Below are positions 1-9,655 of a stretch of 64,000 bases of DNA, one piece after another; within the stretch, counting starts at the first letter, position 1, and each line of letters begins with the position of its first letter. Below the pieces are notes generated by a model. It was not told where the DNA came from. It did no database searches and worked only from the letters and a program-made list of their open reading frames with translations. Source of the DNA: Myxococcota bacterium (GTDB lineage Bacteria > Myxococcota_A > SURF-8); assembly GCA_963674735.2 (NCBI GenBank), contig CAXXQS010000001.1, forward strand, positions 2,432,001-2,496,000, read 5' to 3'. The position numbers were made by a program, and so were the translations under genes.

Positions 1-1
1 G

Positions 2-463
2 ATGGCTCATCTATTATTAGAAAGTGGTGCAAATCCAAATGCTATAATAAATGAGCAAAAAGAATCGCCACTAATGTTAGTATTTTCTTACGGAGGAATT
101 CAAGGGTGCACCCGATTATTAATTGAACATGGAGCTGATATTAATAAGAAAGACAAAAATGGCAGGACAATGTTGCATTCGGCGTTTTACAATGGGTACG
201 ATTTTAGTCGATACTTTTTAGAGAATGGAGCCAATCCAAACATTGAAGACGATATCGGGGAAACCCCATTTATAAAGCTAATAAAGTATGGCAATAACTT
301 CGACCTTGTAGACTTGTTTATTAAACACGGTGCGGAGATTAATAAAAAATATAAAGATGCATATCCGTTGGACTTAGCTATAGGTCGTGGAAAACAATAC
401 AAAGAATTTGTAAATCTGCTGATAAAAGCTGGTGCGGTTAATAGTTTTAATATGGAGCGATAA
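2..463 (+). CDS. Ankyrin-repeat protein (probably 5'-truncated by window edge), AT-rich
   Basis: Repeated ankyrin motifs LLLESGANPN, LLIEHGADIN-KDKNGRTMLH, FLENGANPN-EDDIGETPF, FIKHGAEIN; base composition visibly AT-rich versus rest of window. Confidence 0.85.
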   Translation: MAHLLLESGANPNAIINEQKESPLMLVFSYGGIQGCTRLLIEHGADINKKDKNGRTMLHSAFYNGYDFSRYFLENGANPNIEDDIGETPFIKLIKYGNNFDLVDLFIKHGAEINKKYKDAYPLDLAIGRGKQYKEFVNLLIKAGAVNSFNMER

Positions 464-750
464 TGAAATTTATAAGGTCAATATTCTTTCAAATGTATTC
501 TGAGCCCATAACGTTTTTACCGGTTTGGATGTATTTAATATTTTTATTGGTTTTCATCTCTGATTGGATTGTATCAGGCTTGATTGCTTATAATGCATTT
601 GGTGTTGTTGACTGGGCCAGCTATTACGAGGTTATAATATTGGACAAACTAAAAATTCCGAGAATATTTTCCGGACTAGACTTTGCAATAATCACCTCCG
701 CATTATTCATGTATCTAGGATTAATAAATCGAGGTCGGACTAACTTATAG
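463..750 (+). CDS. Small hypothetical membrane protein (95 aa, 2 hydrophobic segments), AT-rich
   Basis: TAATG stop/start overlap with ankyrin gene, GGAG upstream, hydrophobic stretches. Confidence 0.65.
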   Translation: MKFIRSIFFQMYSEPITFLPVWMYLIFLLVFISDWIVSGLIAYNAFGVVDWASYYEVIILDKLKIPRIFSGLDFAIITSALFMYLGLINRGRTNL

Positions 751-760
751 CTTCTTAATT

Positions 761-820
761 TAAGGCCGGGCACGGCGTGCCCGACAATTCATGTGTCGGC
801 TAAAATGCGAGTCAACCTAC
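761..820. repeat. REP/REPIN-like palindromic element at boundary of AT-rich islet
   Basis: Hairpin CGGGCAC-ggc-GTGCCCG (767-783), second stem CCGACA..TGTCGG (781-799), ends in CAACCTAC (GTAGGTTG on minus strand, GTAG-type REP foot). Confidence 0.4.
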
Positions 821-947
821 CCCGAATCTCTCACACCCATTAAAAGTCCGTTCATGATGAGTGCTTGGCGCAGCCGTTCAGCCTTCGCTTGACCGAGCCG
901 TTAAAAACCGGCAGGATGAAGCGTCGATATCAGCAATAGGAGCCACC

Positions 948-1514
948 ATGGGATACACCCTCGTCACCTGCGCCAGTTGCGGACAGCCCAATTCCCCCGG
1001 CATCGCTCTCTGCATGAATTGCGGCGAGACCCTGGACGCTGCGGCCCGCGACGCCGCGTTTCGCGAGTCCGACAACGGGGAAGCGGACGGCATCCCTCCG
1101 GCGCGTCCGCTGGCCGAAGACCAACTGCGCGACATCGCCGCCACCCTCGGTTACACCTGCAAAAGCACCGCCTCGGGGCTGGCCATCAACGCCAAGTTGG
1201 AAGACGGCCGTCGTCAGACCGTCCATGTGTTCATGAACGGACGCGATACTGCCGGACGCGATTTGATCGGTTTCGTCTCCCTCTGCGGCAGCGCCGAAGA
1301 AACCCAAGCCCTGCGGTTGCTGAAACTGAACGCCCGCCTGCCCTTCGGTTCCATCGTCTGGCGCGATATCGCGGGACAGCCGCACATCGTCATGCAGGCC
1401 AACCAGCTCGCCGAGACGGCCGACCGCGCGGAGTTGCAGACTCTGTTGGTCGAAATCGCCCGACAGGCCGACTGGCTGGAGCGGCAGTTGGGCAAGGGCG
1501 ACGACCGTTATTAG
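948..1514 (+). CDS. Zinc-ribbon protein with C-terminal YbjN/type III secretion chaperone-like domain
   Basis: AGGAG RBS before ATG 948; CASC-x10-CMNC zinc ribbon; C-terminal GRRQTVHV...LLKLNARLPFG...IARQADWLE resembles YbjN/CesT-like fold. Confidence 0.6.
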   Translation: MGYTLVTCASCGQPNSPGIALCMNCGETLDAAARDAAFRESDNGEADGIPPARPLAEDQLRDIAATLGYTCKSTASGLAINAKLEDGRRQTVHVFMNGRDTAGRDLIGFVSLCGSAEETQALRLLKLNARLPFGSIVWRDIAGQPHIVMQANQLAETADRAELQTLLVEIARQADWLERQLGKGDDRY

Positions 1515-1642
1515 ATTTCGTCCCCACCGCATTCCGTTGGAATGATCCGGGCCCCGATTCTCTCCTATGAGAAGTTCGGATACAAAATCGATTCGCCATC
1601 CATGACACTCAGCGGATGGCATTGTTTGAAAAGGAGAACGCC

Positions 1643-2227
1643 ATGTCCAAAACACCATCCACCATGTTGCCCATCGGCACGCAGGCCCCCGATTTCACGC
1701 TCCCGAACGTCGACGGCGAAACCGTTTCCCTGTCGACCTTCAAGGGCGCCCCGGCCTTTTTGGCGGTCTTCATGTGCAATCACTGCCCCTTCGTCAAACA
1801 CATCAACCGCGAGCTGGCCGCCCTGATCACGGAGTACCAAGCGAAAGGACTGGCGGCGGTCGGCATCAACAGCAACGACGCGCACAACTATCCCGACGAC
1901 GCACCCGACAAAATGAAGGAAGAAGCCGCGGCGCTGGGCTACACGTTCCCTTATCTCTACGACGAAACGCAACGTGTGGCCAAGGCCTATCGCGCCGCCT
2001 GCACCCCCGATTTCTTCCTCTTCGACCGCGAACGCAAGCTGGTCTACCGGGGTCAATTCGACGCCAGCCGCCCCGGCAACGACCAGCCGGTCACCGGTCA
2101 GGATCTGCGCGCCGCCCTCGACGCCGTGTTGAGCGGCACCGCCGCGCCCGCCGAACAGGCACCCAGCATCGGTTGCAACATCAAATGGAAGCCCGGCAAC
2201 GCACCCGACTACTTCAGCGCAGGCTGA
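1643..2227 (+). CDS. Thioredoxin-family protein (AhpC/TSA, peroxiredoxin-like)
   Basis: AAGGAG RBS; APDFTLP, FMCNHCPFV, YLYDETQRVAKAYRAACTPDFFLFD, SIGCNIKWK motifs. Confidence 0.9.
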   Translation: MSKTPSTMLPIGTQAPDFTLPNVDGETVSLSTFKGAPAFLAVFMCNHCPFVKHINRELAALITEYQAKGLAAVGINSNDAHNYPDDAPDKMKEEAAALGYTFPYLYDETQRVAKAYRAACTPDFFLFDRERKLVYRGQFDASRPGNDQPVTGQDLRAALDAVLSGTAAPAEQAPSIGCNIKWKPGNAPDYFSAG

Positions 2228-2266
2228 AACGTCCACCATTGTGAAACAGGCATATCTTGAAAGATG

Positions 2267-2294
2267 ATTCGGGCTTGCGGGCCCGAATTTTTTT
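2267..2294 (+). terminator. Rho-independent terminator
   Basis: ATTCGGGC-ttgcgg-GCCCGAAT followed by T-run. Confidence 0.7.
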
Positions 2295-2434
2295 CATCTT
2301 ACCCGCCACCGGACGTCTTCTGAATCGCACCCACTCCATCGCCGCTGAAAGAGTTGCGATTTTCGTCATATCCTCCTATACTTGCCGCATCAGCCATCAC
2401 AAAGACCAACCGGCTATCAGGTTAGGAGAGACGT

Positions 2435-3793
2435 ATGCAGGCCAAAATCGACCGATTGTCGCCCAAACTCGCGCTGGGCTTGATGCTCGCTATCCTGATT
2501 CTGACCGCCTGCCGCGGCGCTTCCTCGCCCTCCCCGCTCGCGGCCATGAACGACGATCAACGCAGCCGGATCGAAGCTACACTCGACACCTATGAACATC
2601 CCGAGCTGCCCGCCTTGCTGGGCGATGCCTCGCCGCTGGCGCAGCGCCTGTTGAAACACATTCCCGCCAATCTGCACATGCGCATCCGACACGATCCCGC
2701 GCTGGATCTGGTCAGCCATCGCTTCGCCTATCTGGGCGCATCCGAAAGCCGCCTGCCGCCCGACGGCTATGCCCAGTGGGGCCTCTGGCGTTATGGTCGT
2801 AGCGGTCAATATTACTGCGTCAGCTACCGAAGCTCGAAAGGCCGCAGCTTGTCCACCCGGCTGGACCAACACCTGGCGCTACGCGCGGAAAAACTTACCG
2901 ACCTTCTGCAAAAACACCCCGACGGCCACTTCAGCTTCGGTGTCGCCCGCGTCAATTACCAGCTATCGCGCTATGCCCAGGCGGTGCTCGTGGTACAGAA
3001 TAAGCTGCAACTCGATCCGCTAGCCAAATACCCGCAACCGGGTCAACCTTTCACCGTCTCGGGACGCTTCCTGGTCCGCTCCGATCGCTACAACGCCTAT
3101 TTCGAAGGTGACGACGGCGCGATTAACAAGCAACGAATCCATCCCGATCAAGACGGACGTTTTTCCATCACCCTGACCGCCCCCACAAAGCCGGGCCACT
3201 ACCCAGTCGGAATCTGGTATCGCGAACCTGTCACCGGCGCGGAAGAAACACCCGTGTCCGACGCCCGAAACTGGACCCGGCCAGCGCTTTGGCTTCCGAT
3301 TTTCATTGGGATCAGAGAACTGCAAAAACCGACCGTCGCCATCCTGCGCCCACGTGCCAATCCCGCTGATCCGCAGGAATGGATTCAGCGGCTGCTCGAC
3401 AGCACCAATGCGGTCCGACAAGCGAAAGGGCTCAAACCGCTCACCTACGACGCCGAAGCCGCTCAGCTCGCTCAGCAGCAAGTGGAGCATCCCACCTGCG
3501 AGGTCCCATTTGATCCCGATCTGAAAACCAAGTTGGGCTGTAAAGCCTACCAGAGTACCCGCAGCTTCGATCGTTTAGACGAGATGCTGTGGATGAATCG
3601 CAATCGCCCCGGCTACCTGTATAACCTGCTCAAACCGGAAGTCGAACGGATCGCCTTCGCGGTCAAGCCGAATGAAAATGGCGGATTCCATTCGGTGGAG
3701 TATCTGCTGGGTCCAAAAATTGTCGACGAGGACCCCGAGCCCGAACCCGCCAACACACCCGCAGCCGCTCCCGTCGCCGAGCCGCCCGAATAA
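2435..3793 (+). CDS. Putative lipoprotein with C-terminal CAP/SCP-like domain
   Basis: AGGAG RBS; lipobox LTAC; LLDSTNAVRQAKGLKPLTYDAEAAQLAQ...NLLKP resembles CAP domain. Confidence 0.6.
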   Translation: MQAKIDRLSPKLALGLMLAILILTACRGASSPSPLAAMNDDQRSRIEATLDTYEHPELPALLGDASPLAQRLLKHIPANLHMRIRHDPALDLVSHRFAYLGASESRLPPDGYAQWGLWRYGRSGQYYCVSYRSSKGRSLSTRLDQHLALRAEKLTDLLQKHPDGHFSFGVARVNYQLSRYAQAVLVVQNKLQLDPLAKYPQPGQPFTVSGRFLVRSDRYNAYFEGDDGAINKQRIHPDQDGRFSITLTAPTKPGHYPVGIWYREPVTGAEETPVSDARNWTRPALWLPIFIGIRELQKPTVAILRPRANPADPQEWIQRLLDSTNAVRQAKGLKPLTYDAEAAQLAQQQVEHPTCEVPFDPDLKTKLGCKAYQSTRSFDRLDEMLWMNRNRPGYLYNLLKPEVERIAFAVKPNENGGFHSVEYLLGPKIVDEDPEPEPANTPAAAPVAEPPE

Positions 3794-3889
3794 AGGAAAG
3801 CACCGCAAGAAATTGGAGCACCGCCCGTTTCGCGCTATACTGAAAGCCGAATCGGCCAGGTACACGGTTGAACCCCCATACGGTCGGCG

Positions 3890-4882
3890 ATGATGAATGA
3901 AACTTCCACACCGCGCATCAGCGTCCTGCTTCCCGTTTACAACGGCATGCCCTATCTGTCGCAAGCGGTGGACTCCATTCTCGGACAGACTTTTCCCGAC
4001 TTCGAACTGATCGTCATCGACGACGCCTCCAACGACGGAACGTCCGCTTATCTGGCGAGCCTCTCCGACCCGCGCCTGCGCGTAATCTCGTTCAAATCCA
4101 AACGGGGACTGGCACCCTCTCTGAATTTCGGGATTGAAACCGCCAAGGGGCTCTACATCGCCCGCATCGATGCGGACGACATCGCCCTGCCCGCACGTCT
4201 GGAAACACAGGTTCGCTATCTCGACTGCCACCCGGACGTGGGTCTGGTGGGCATGCGCTATCGCTTGATCGATCACGAAGGCCGCATCACAGATCCGTGT
4301 CCGGTTCGTGCGAACCCCTTGCCCATCAACGAGCGTCTGTTAACCGGAAACTGCCTGGCCCATCCGACGGTCTTGTTTCGTCGTTTGATCGGTCACGCGC
4401 CGGTGCAATACGATCCCAAAGCCAAACAGGCGGAAGACTACGACTTGTGGCTGCGGCTGTCTCTCCAAACGACCTTGGTCGAACTCCCGCAGATCGGCCT
4501 TCACTATCGCCTCAACCAGGATGGATTGACCTCGCAGAATGTCTCGGCCGTCGACCGCCACGCCGCCCATTACCAACAGGCCGCCCTCGATGCACTCGAC
4601 ATGGAAAACCCCGAAACTCGCGAGCGCATCGTGCGTGCCTGGTTACACCATCGTCACGATGCGCTTTCGGCCCCGCTCGTCCGACGCGCTCTCACACACC
4701 CACTGGGTCCGGCCACGTTCGTCAATCCTGAATTCTGGATGGAAAATCTGATCAAGGAATACGTGTGGACCCGCGACCCGCTCAAGCTGGCACTGCTGAA
4801 ACAAGCGGCACGCCGCCACCCGCGCTTGGCCTTTAAAAGCGCTGCTCGTTGGGGCACCAGCAAATTTTTGCGACAGCTCTGA
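3890..4882 (+). CDS. Glycosyltransferase family 2
   Basis: ISVLLPVYN, DFELIVIDDASNDGT, YIARIDADD, AEDYDLWLR motifs. Confidence 0.9.
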   Translation: MMNETSTPRISVLLPVYNGMPYLSQAVDSILGQTFPDFELIVIDDASNDGTSAYLASLSDPRLRVISFKSKRGLAPSLNFGIETAKGLYIARIDADDIALPARLETQVRYLDCHPDVGLVGMRYRLIDHEGRITDPCPVRANPLPINERLLTGNCLAHPTVLFRRLIGHAPVQYDPKAKQAEDYDLWLRLSLQTTLVELPQIGLHYRLNQDGLTSQNVSAVDRHAAHYQQAALDALDMENPETRERIVRAWLHHRHDALSAPLVRRALTHPLGPATFVNPEFWMENLIKEYVWTRDPLKLALLKQAARRHPRLAFKSAARWGTSKFLRQL

Positions 4883-4921
4883 AAGTCAGGCGCGTCTTGG
4901 CGTATGCATCCATAAACACAG

Positions 4922-4950
4922 GAACGGCGGAGCCGAAGGCCCCGCCGTTC
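4922..4950. terminator. Stem-loop between convergent GT2 and MCP genes
   Basis: GAACGGCGG-AGCCGAAGGCC-CCGCCGTTC inverted repeat. Confidence 0.55.
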
Positions 4951-4970
4951 GCGTCGACAACCCTTTAATT

Positions 4971-7613
4971 TTAGAAGTCGGAGAAGACCGGGTCGTCGTC
5001 AAGCGGAATCACTTCTTCAGGATCCAGGTGAATCCCGCTGTTTCCACCTTTGGTGAGTTCTTGCGGACTGGAAAAGCGCGTCACTCCCTTCGAACGGATG
5101 CTCACGCCTTTCGATTTCGAACCCTGGCGGTTCAAGGCGAACTGTCCGACCAGGTTCTGGAGTTCGGCGGCCTGGCTGGAGAGCTCCTGCGCGGCGCTGG
5201 AGGATTCTTCGGAGTTCGCGGCGTTCTGCTGCGTCACCTGGTCCATCTGCGCCACCGCCGAATTCACCTGCTCGATGCCGCGGCTCTGTTCCTGGCTGGC
5301 CGTCGCGATCTCGCCCACGATCTCCGTCACCTTGCCCACCGACGCCACGATCTCGGCCAGTTTGGCATCCACTTCGTGCGAAATCCCCTCGCCGCTACCC
5401 GCCAGACTCACGCTCTGGTTGATCAGCGCCTCGGTCTTCGCCGCCGCCTCTTTCGAGCGCAGCGCCAGGTTACGCACTTCCTCGGCTACCACCGCGAACC
5501 CGCGGCCCGCCTCACCGGCGCGCGCCGCTTCCACCGCCGCATTGAGCGCCAGAAGATTCGTCTGGAACGCGATCTCGTTGATGTCGCGGATAATCGCCGC
5601 CGTCCCTTCCGCCGCACTCTTGATCTGGCCCATCGCCTCGATCATCTGCTTCATCGACACGCCGCCCTCTTCGGCCGCCTTATGGGTCGTCTGCACCATA
5701 CTGTTGGCCTGCAGCGCGTTATCGGCATTCTGCTTGGTCATGGAAGCCATTTCCTCCAACGAACTGGAGGTTTCTTCCAGCGAACTGGCCTGCTCGGACG
5801 CACCCGAGGCCACCGACTGACTCGACGATGCGATCTGATGGCCCGCGCTCGACACCTGCTCGGTGCCCTCAGCCACCTGGCACAGAGCGTCGTGCAGCAC
5901 TTCCGCCGTCCGATTGATGGCGCTCTTGAGCTTGTCCAGATCGCCCTGGTAGCTGCCCTTCACGCGCGCCCGCAGGTCGTTGTTGGACAGCACTTCCAAC
6001 ACTTCGTTCGCTTCGTTGAGCGGCTCCACCACCGCCTGCAACAGGTCGTTGGTGCCTTGCAGGATTTCCTTGTAAGCGCCCTTGAACTGCCCCGCGTCTC
6101 CGCGTTTGGACAATTGACCCGCCACCGCCGCGTTAATCAGGGCCTTGAGTTCCTCAACCAGACTCAACAGGTTCTTGCGAATCAGGTTCAGCCCGTTGGT
6201 CAAGACGATCTGCTTGCCCGGCAACTTGCGCATTTCCTTGCTCAGATCGCCGTCGGCATATTCGCCCAGAATCTCGATCGATTCCATCACCGGATTGGCA
6301 ATCGCGTCCAACGCATCGTTCATACCCTGCGCCAGATCCGCATACGCACCCTGGAACTGACCGGCATTGCTGCGCGCGTCGAGCTCGCCCGCCTTCTGCT
6401 GATCGATCGTCTTCTGCAACTCGGACTTCAACGACTGGATCGACTCCACCATCTCTTTCAGAGACAAGGCTAAGGTATCTTTCGGGGAACGCGGCCGTAG
6501 GGAAACACTCAAGTCACCCTGTCCCACGGCCTTCGCGGCATGCGCCATCTCTTTTTCCGCCTCGATCATGCGGCTCAGCGCCTCTCCGAGATCACCCACT
6601 TCGTCATTACTGTGGAAGTTGAGAGAGACATCGAGATTACCTTCACTCAATTCCCCGACGACCTCGACCATCGCGCCGATGGGTTTGGCCACTATCTTGC
6701 GTGCCGCCGCAATCAACATGATAATCAGGAAGATGACGGCGACGACACCGATAGCTAAAAGAGTATTCGCCATGGAAGCTACCGGTTGCAGGATCTCGGA
6801 TTGCAGCGTGCTGGTCGCCACGACCCAGCCGGTGCGTTCGAAGGTCTGGAAATGGGCCACTCGGTCTTCGCCCTTGAAATTATAGACGGTGCTGCCATTC
6901 TTTTCATCGATCAGCACTTGTCCGAATCCCAGTTGGACCAAGTTGGTCTTCAGAATGTTTTCCTTCTTGGGATGGGCGATGATCGTGGTATCGGACTTGG
7001 TAATGTAAATGTAACCCGACTGGCCGATTTTCGTCTCGGCGACCAGGGCATCCGACAGGTAATTGATTTCAAGCGGCATCCCCAACATGCCGACGATTCG
7101 ACCCTGATCGTATAACGGCCCCGTCAGCAAGGCAACCGGCCGACCGGTCGCGGGCGAGACGAAAACATCTCCCAAATGAATTTTACCTTTGCGTGACTCC
7201 ACGGCATTTTCGGCGTACTCATCCATACGACTGATATCGATGCCTTGTGCTTTTCCATCGATGGAATCCGCAACGATCAACCCCGCCGGAGTGGCAACGA
7301 AAATCGCCTCGTAATACGGAAATTCCTTATGCACGGCCGCCAACTCCGCACGCGCGAGATCCTGATCTTGCCCCATGGCCGCTTGCGCATAAACGGGATT
7401 GTTACTGAGAACTTTCAGTTGGGCGATGCGATCGTCCAACCAATTGTCGATCGTATCGACTGTGTTTTTCACCAGTAGATGCGTTCGGGCCGCCTCGATA
7501 TCGAGGATGCTGGTTTTCGAGTTAAGATAAGCGATATAGGTCATCACCCCAATGGCGACGATAATCACCGGGACCAATACGGCTAGCAGTTTTTTCTGAA
7601 TCGTCCATTTCAT
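4971..7613 (-). CDS. Methyl-accepting chemotaxis protein (dCache sensor, multiple HAMP, signalling domain, C-terminal pentapeptide VFSDF)
   Basis: Two TM segments flanking Cache-like region; [37 protein letters not shown] signature. Confidence 0.95.
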   Translation of the reverse strand: MKWTIQKKLLAVLVPVIIVAIGVMTYIAYLNSKTSILDIEAARTHLLVKNTVDTIDNWLDDRIAQLKVLSNNPVYAQAAMGQDQDLARAELAAVHKEFPYYEAIFVATPAGLIVADSIDGKAQGIDISRMDEYAENAVESRKGKIHLGDVFVSPATGRPVALLTGPLYDQGRIVGMLGMPLEINYLSDALVAETKIGQSGYIYITKSDTTIIAHPKKENILKTNLVQLGFGQVLIDEKNGSTVYNFKGEDRVAHFQTFERTGWVVATSTLQSEILQPVASMANTLLAIGVVAVIFLIIMLIAAARKIVAKPIGAMVEVVGELSEGNLDVSLNFHSNDEVGDLGEALSRMIEAEKEMAHAAKAVGQGDLSVSLRPRSPKDTLALSLKEMVESIQSLKSELQKTIDQQKAGELDARSNAGQFQGAYADLAQGMNDALDAIANPVMESIEILGEYADGDLSKEMRKLPGKQIVLTNGLNLIRKNLLSLVEELKALINAAVAGQLSKRGDAGQFKGAYKEILQGTNDLLQAVVEPLNEANEVLEVLSNNDLRARVKGSYQGDLDKLKSAINRTAEVLHDALCQVAEGTEQVSSAGHQIASSSQSVASGASEQASSLEETSSSLEEMASMTKQNADNALQANSMVQTTHKAAEEGGVSMKQMIEAMGQIKSAAEGTAAIIRDINEIAFQTNLLALNAAVEAARAGEAGRGFAVVAEEVRNLALRSKEAAAKTEALINQSVSLAGSGEGISHEVDAKLAEIVASVGKVTEIVGEIATASQEQSRGIEQVNSAVAQMDQVTQQNAANSEESSSAAQELSSQAAELQNLVGQFALNRQGSKSKGVSIRSKGVTRFSSPQELTKGGNSGIHLDPEEVIPLDDDPVFSDF

Positions 7614-7664
7614 AGCTCCACCCTCCGGTCTTGACGAGTTCCTGGTCTTCTCATAAGGTTATCG

Positions 7665-8195
7665 TTATTCCGACTGATTCGTGACTTGGGCAATCTCTGC
7701 CGCCGATAAGACTTTGTTGATATCCAGTAAAAAAATCACGCGCTTATCTGACTTGCCCACCCCCAAAATGAAATCCGTATCCACCTGAGTCCCCCCGAAA
7801 CTCGGCGGAGGCTCGATCTGGGACGGTTCGATATCCAACACTTCCAACACCTCATCCACCACAATGCCCATCGTCAGCTCGGTGTCCCCCGCGATCAGCT
7901 GCACCACGATGATCACCGTCTGGTCGGTGGCCTCGGCTTCCTCCATCCCAAACTTCAGCCGCAAATCCACAACCGGAATGACCTTCCCCCGCAGATTGAT
8001 CACTCCCCGCATGAATTCCGGCGTCCGCGGAACACGAGTTATGTCCATTAATCCAATAATTTCACGGACTTTAAGAATCTCAAGCCCGTACTCCTCCGCC
8101 GCCAGCTTGAAAGTCATATACTTCCCGGCCAGCGACGCCCCAACCTGGGGTATCTCTTGTTTCTGCGTAACCGATTCGTTGGTCTGTAGCGACAT
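7665..8195 (-). CDS. cheW: Chemotaxis coupling protein CheW
   Basis: EEYGLEILKVREII, GVINLRGKVIPVVDLRLKFG, GIVVDEVLEV; AGGAGGAG RBS. Confidence 0.95.
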   Translation of the reverse strand: MSLQTNESVTQKQEIPQVGASLAGKYMTFKLAAEEYGLEILKVREIIGLMDITRVPRTPEFMRGVINLRGKVIPVVDLRLKFGMEEAEATDQTVIIVVQLIAGDTELTMGIVVDEVLEVLDIEPSQIEPPPSFGGTQVDTDFILGVGKSDKRVIFLLDINKVLSAAEIAQVTNQSE

Positions 8196-8298
8196 GGTCT
8201 CCTCCTAGGTCCAGGATCTACTGACAAAGCCATCAATTTCTGATATTAAAGTCGGCATTCACGACCGGCCGGATGTAAATCATGTTGAGCGGCCGCAA

Positions 8299-8330
8299 TT
8301 GCCTATTTGCTGCTTTGCCAAGTTGCCATA
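8299..8330. repeat. Four tandem 8-bp units with TTGC core (candidate operator array)
   Basis: TTGCCTAT TTGCTGCT TTGCCAAG TTGCCATA; related copy at 8721-8750. Confidence 0.5.
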
Positions 8331-8341
8331 ACCTACAAGTA

Positions 8342-8368
8342 TATTCGGCATCTTCGGATCGAACTTGA
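8342..8368 (-). promoter_or_regulatory. Sigma28 (FliA)-type promoter for cheW-MCP
   Basis: Minus strand TCAAG-N14-GCCGAATA upstream of chemotaxis genes. Confidence 0.7.
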
Positions 8369-8889
8369 GTTTTTCTTTATTTTGCCTATGCAAAATCACT
8401 TAACTGCGATATTCGGGTATTTACGGAACAAAATATCTATTCCGTGATGGCGTAAAAGATTAGGTTGCCAACCCTAAAGATTAGCGAACAAACAAAGCAC
8501 GACGAAGCGGCTTGAAAGTGCAAAGTTCCGATCAATCCTTCGTTCAACCCAGATCGAAGCGAGACCACGACTCCGGCACACGTCCCAAAATGAACCGTGG
8601 AGCCTCCATGCCGCACCGCAGTTCCAAAAGTGCTTTGGAAATTCCATAGTCGGTTCCGCCCCTGATTTAATACAAAGCGGCTGACGTTGCCGTCAAAAAT
8701 GGTGAAGTAAGAAAACAGATCTGCCTTTGCTGCTTTTTTCATTTGCACATCGGACGGGCATTTGCTATGAATCTTTACATTCACCGGTATCTCAATCCAC
8801 GTGGATAGCCACCGTGTCCATACACCGGCGTTCGTGAGTTAGGCAAAACGGTAACGTATTACAAGACGACGTTTTCCAGAGAGATAAAC

Positions 8890-9480
8890 ATGGCGAAAGA
8901 ATCGTATACAAGTGGGAAAGTAGCGGATTTGCTTGGTATCCCGGCCCGAACGGCCCGCCATTACTTATCGACCGGACGGATACCGGCGGCCCAGAATCCG
9001 ATCACCGGTACCTGGACCATCGTCCGGGAAGACTTGATCGCCTTCATGCATGAACACAAGCTGGATACCTCGGTGCTCAATCATCCATCTACGGTACTGG
9101 TGGTGGACGATGAACCGGCGGTTGTGAAATTCATCACCCGTGCGCTTGAAAAATCGCCGTACCGTTTTAAAATCGATTCGACCAACAGCGGCTACGAAGC
9201 CATGATCAAAATCGGGCAGACCATCCCCGATCTGATCTGCCTGGATATCCAGATGCCCGGCATGGATGGCCCCGAAGTACTGCGCGCCATCAAGAAGACC
9301 GAAGGCACCGAAGACATCAAGGTCCTGGTCATTACGGGTTACCCGGAAGCCATCGACGAAATGAAAGAACTCGGCGCCAACGACGCCCTGACCAAACCGC
9401 TCAATCCGGTCGATCTGATTGAAAAAGTGCTTGAATTGTTGCCGAACACCGCCACGATTGAGGAAACGCCAGCCGAATAA
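8890..9480 (+). CDS. Response regulator with N-terminal excisionase/MerR-like HTH and C-terminal receiver domain
   Basis: YTSGKVADLLGIPARTARHYLSTGRIPA HTH; VLVVDDE, LDIQMPGMDG, KP receiver motifs. Confidence 0.85.
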   Translation: MAKESYTSGKVADLLGIPARTARHYLSTGRIPAAQNPITGTWTIVREDLIAFMHEHKLDTSVLNHPSTVLVVDDEPAVVKFITRALEKSPYRFKIDSTNSGYEAMIKIGQTIPDLICLDIQMPGMDGPEVLRAIKKTEGTEDIKVLVITGYPEAIDEMKELGANDALTKPLNPVDLIEKVLELLPNTATIEETPAE

Positions 9481-9655
9481 GGCCGCCATGCTGCAAACGG
9501 ACGGGTTTGGTTCCCTCAACACCCCGATTTCACCCTGTCAGCCCCTTAGGTGCCCGTCCTCAAAGGCGTTTTGGTAACGAGATCAACACCCGGTGATCGA
9601 CAGCCCCGAAAATACAATATCGAGAACCCGAACCGTCATCCAGGGAGAAATCCGA

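Noticed and set aside
738-910. Integron attC site after the AT-rich ORFs
   Set aside because: GACTAAC is present but no matching GTTRRRY core with the expected symmetry was found
8437-8784. 115-aa minus-strand ORF in the cheW intergenic region
   Set aside because: No RBS or recognisable domain; overlaps likely regulatory DNA
8835-8885. Possible c-di-GMP-I riboswitch (GGCAAAAC...) upstream of the response regulator
   Set aside because: Lacks the GNRA-capped P2 and GACGCAAAG junction motifs
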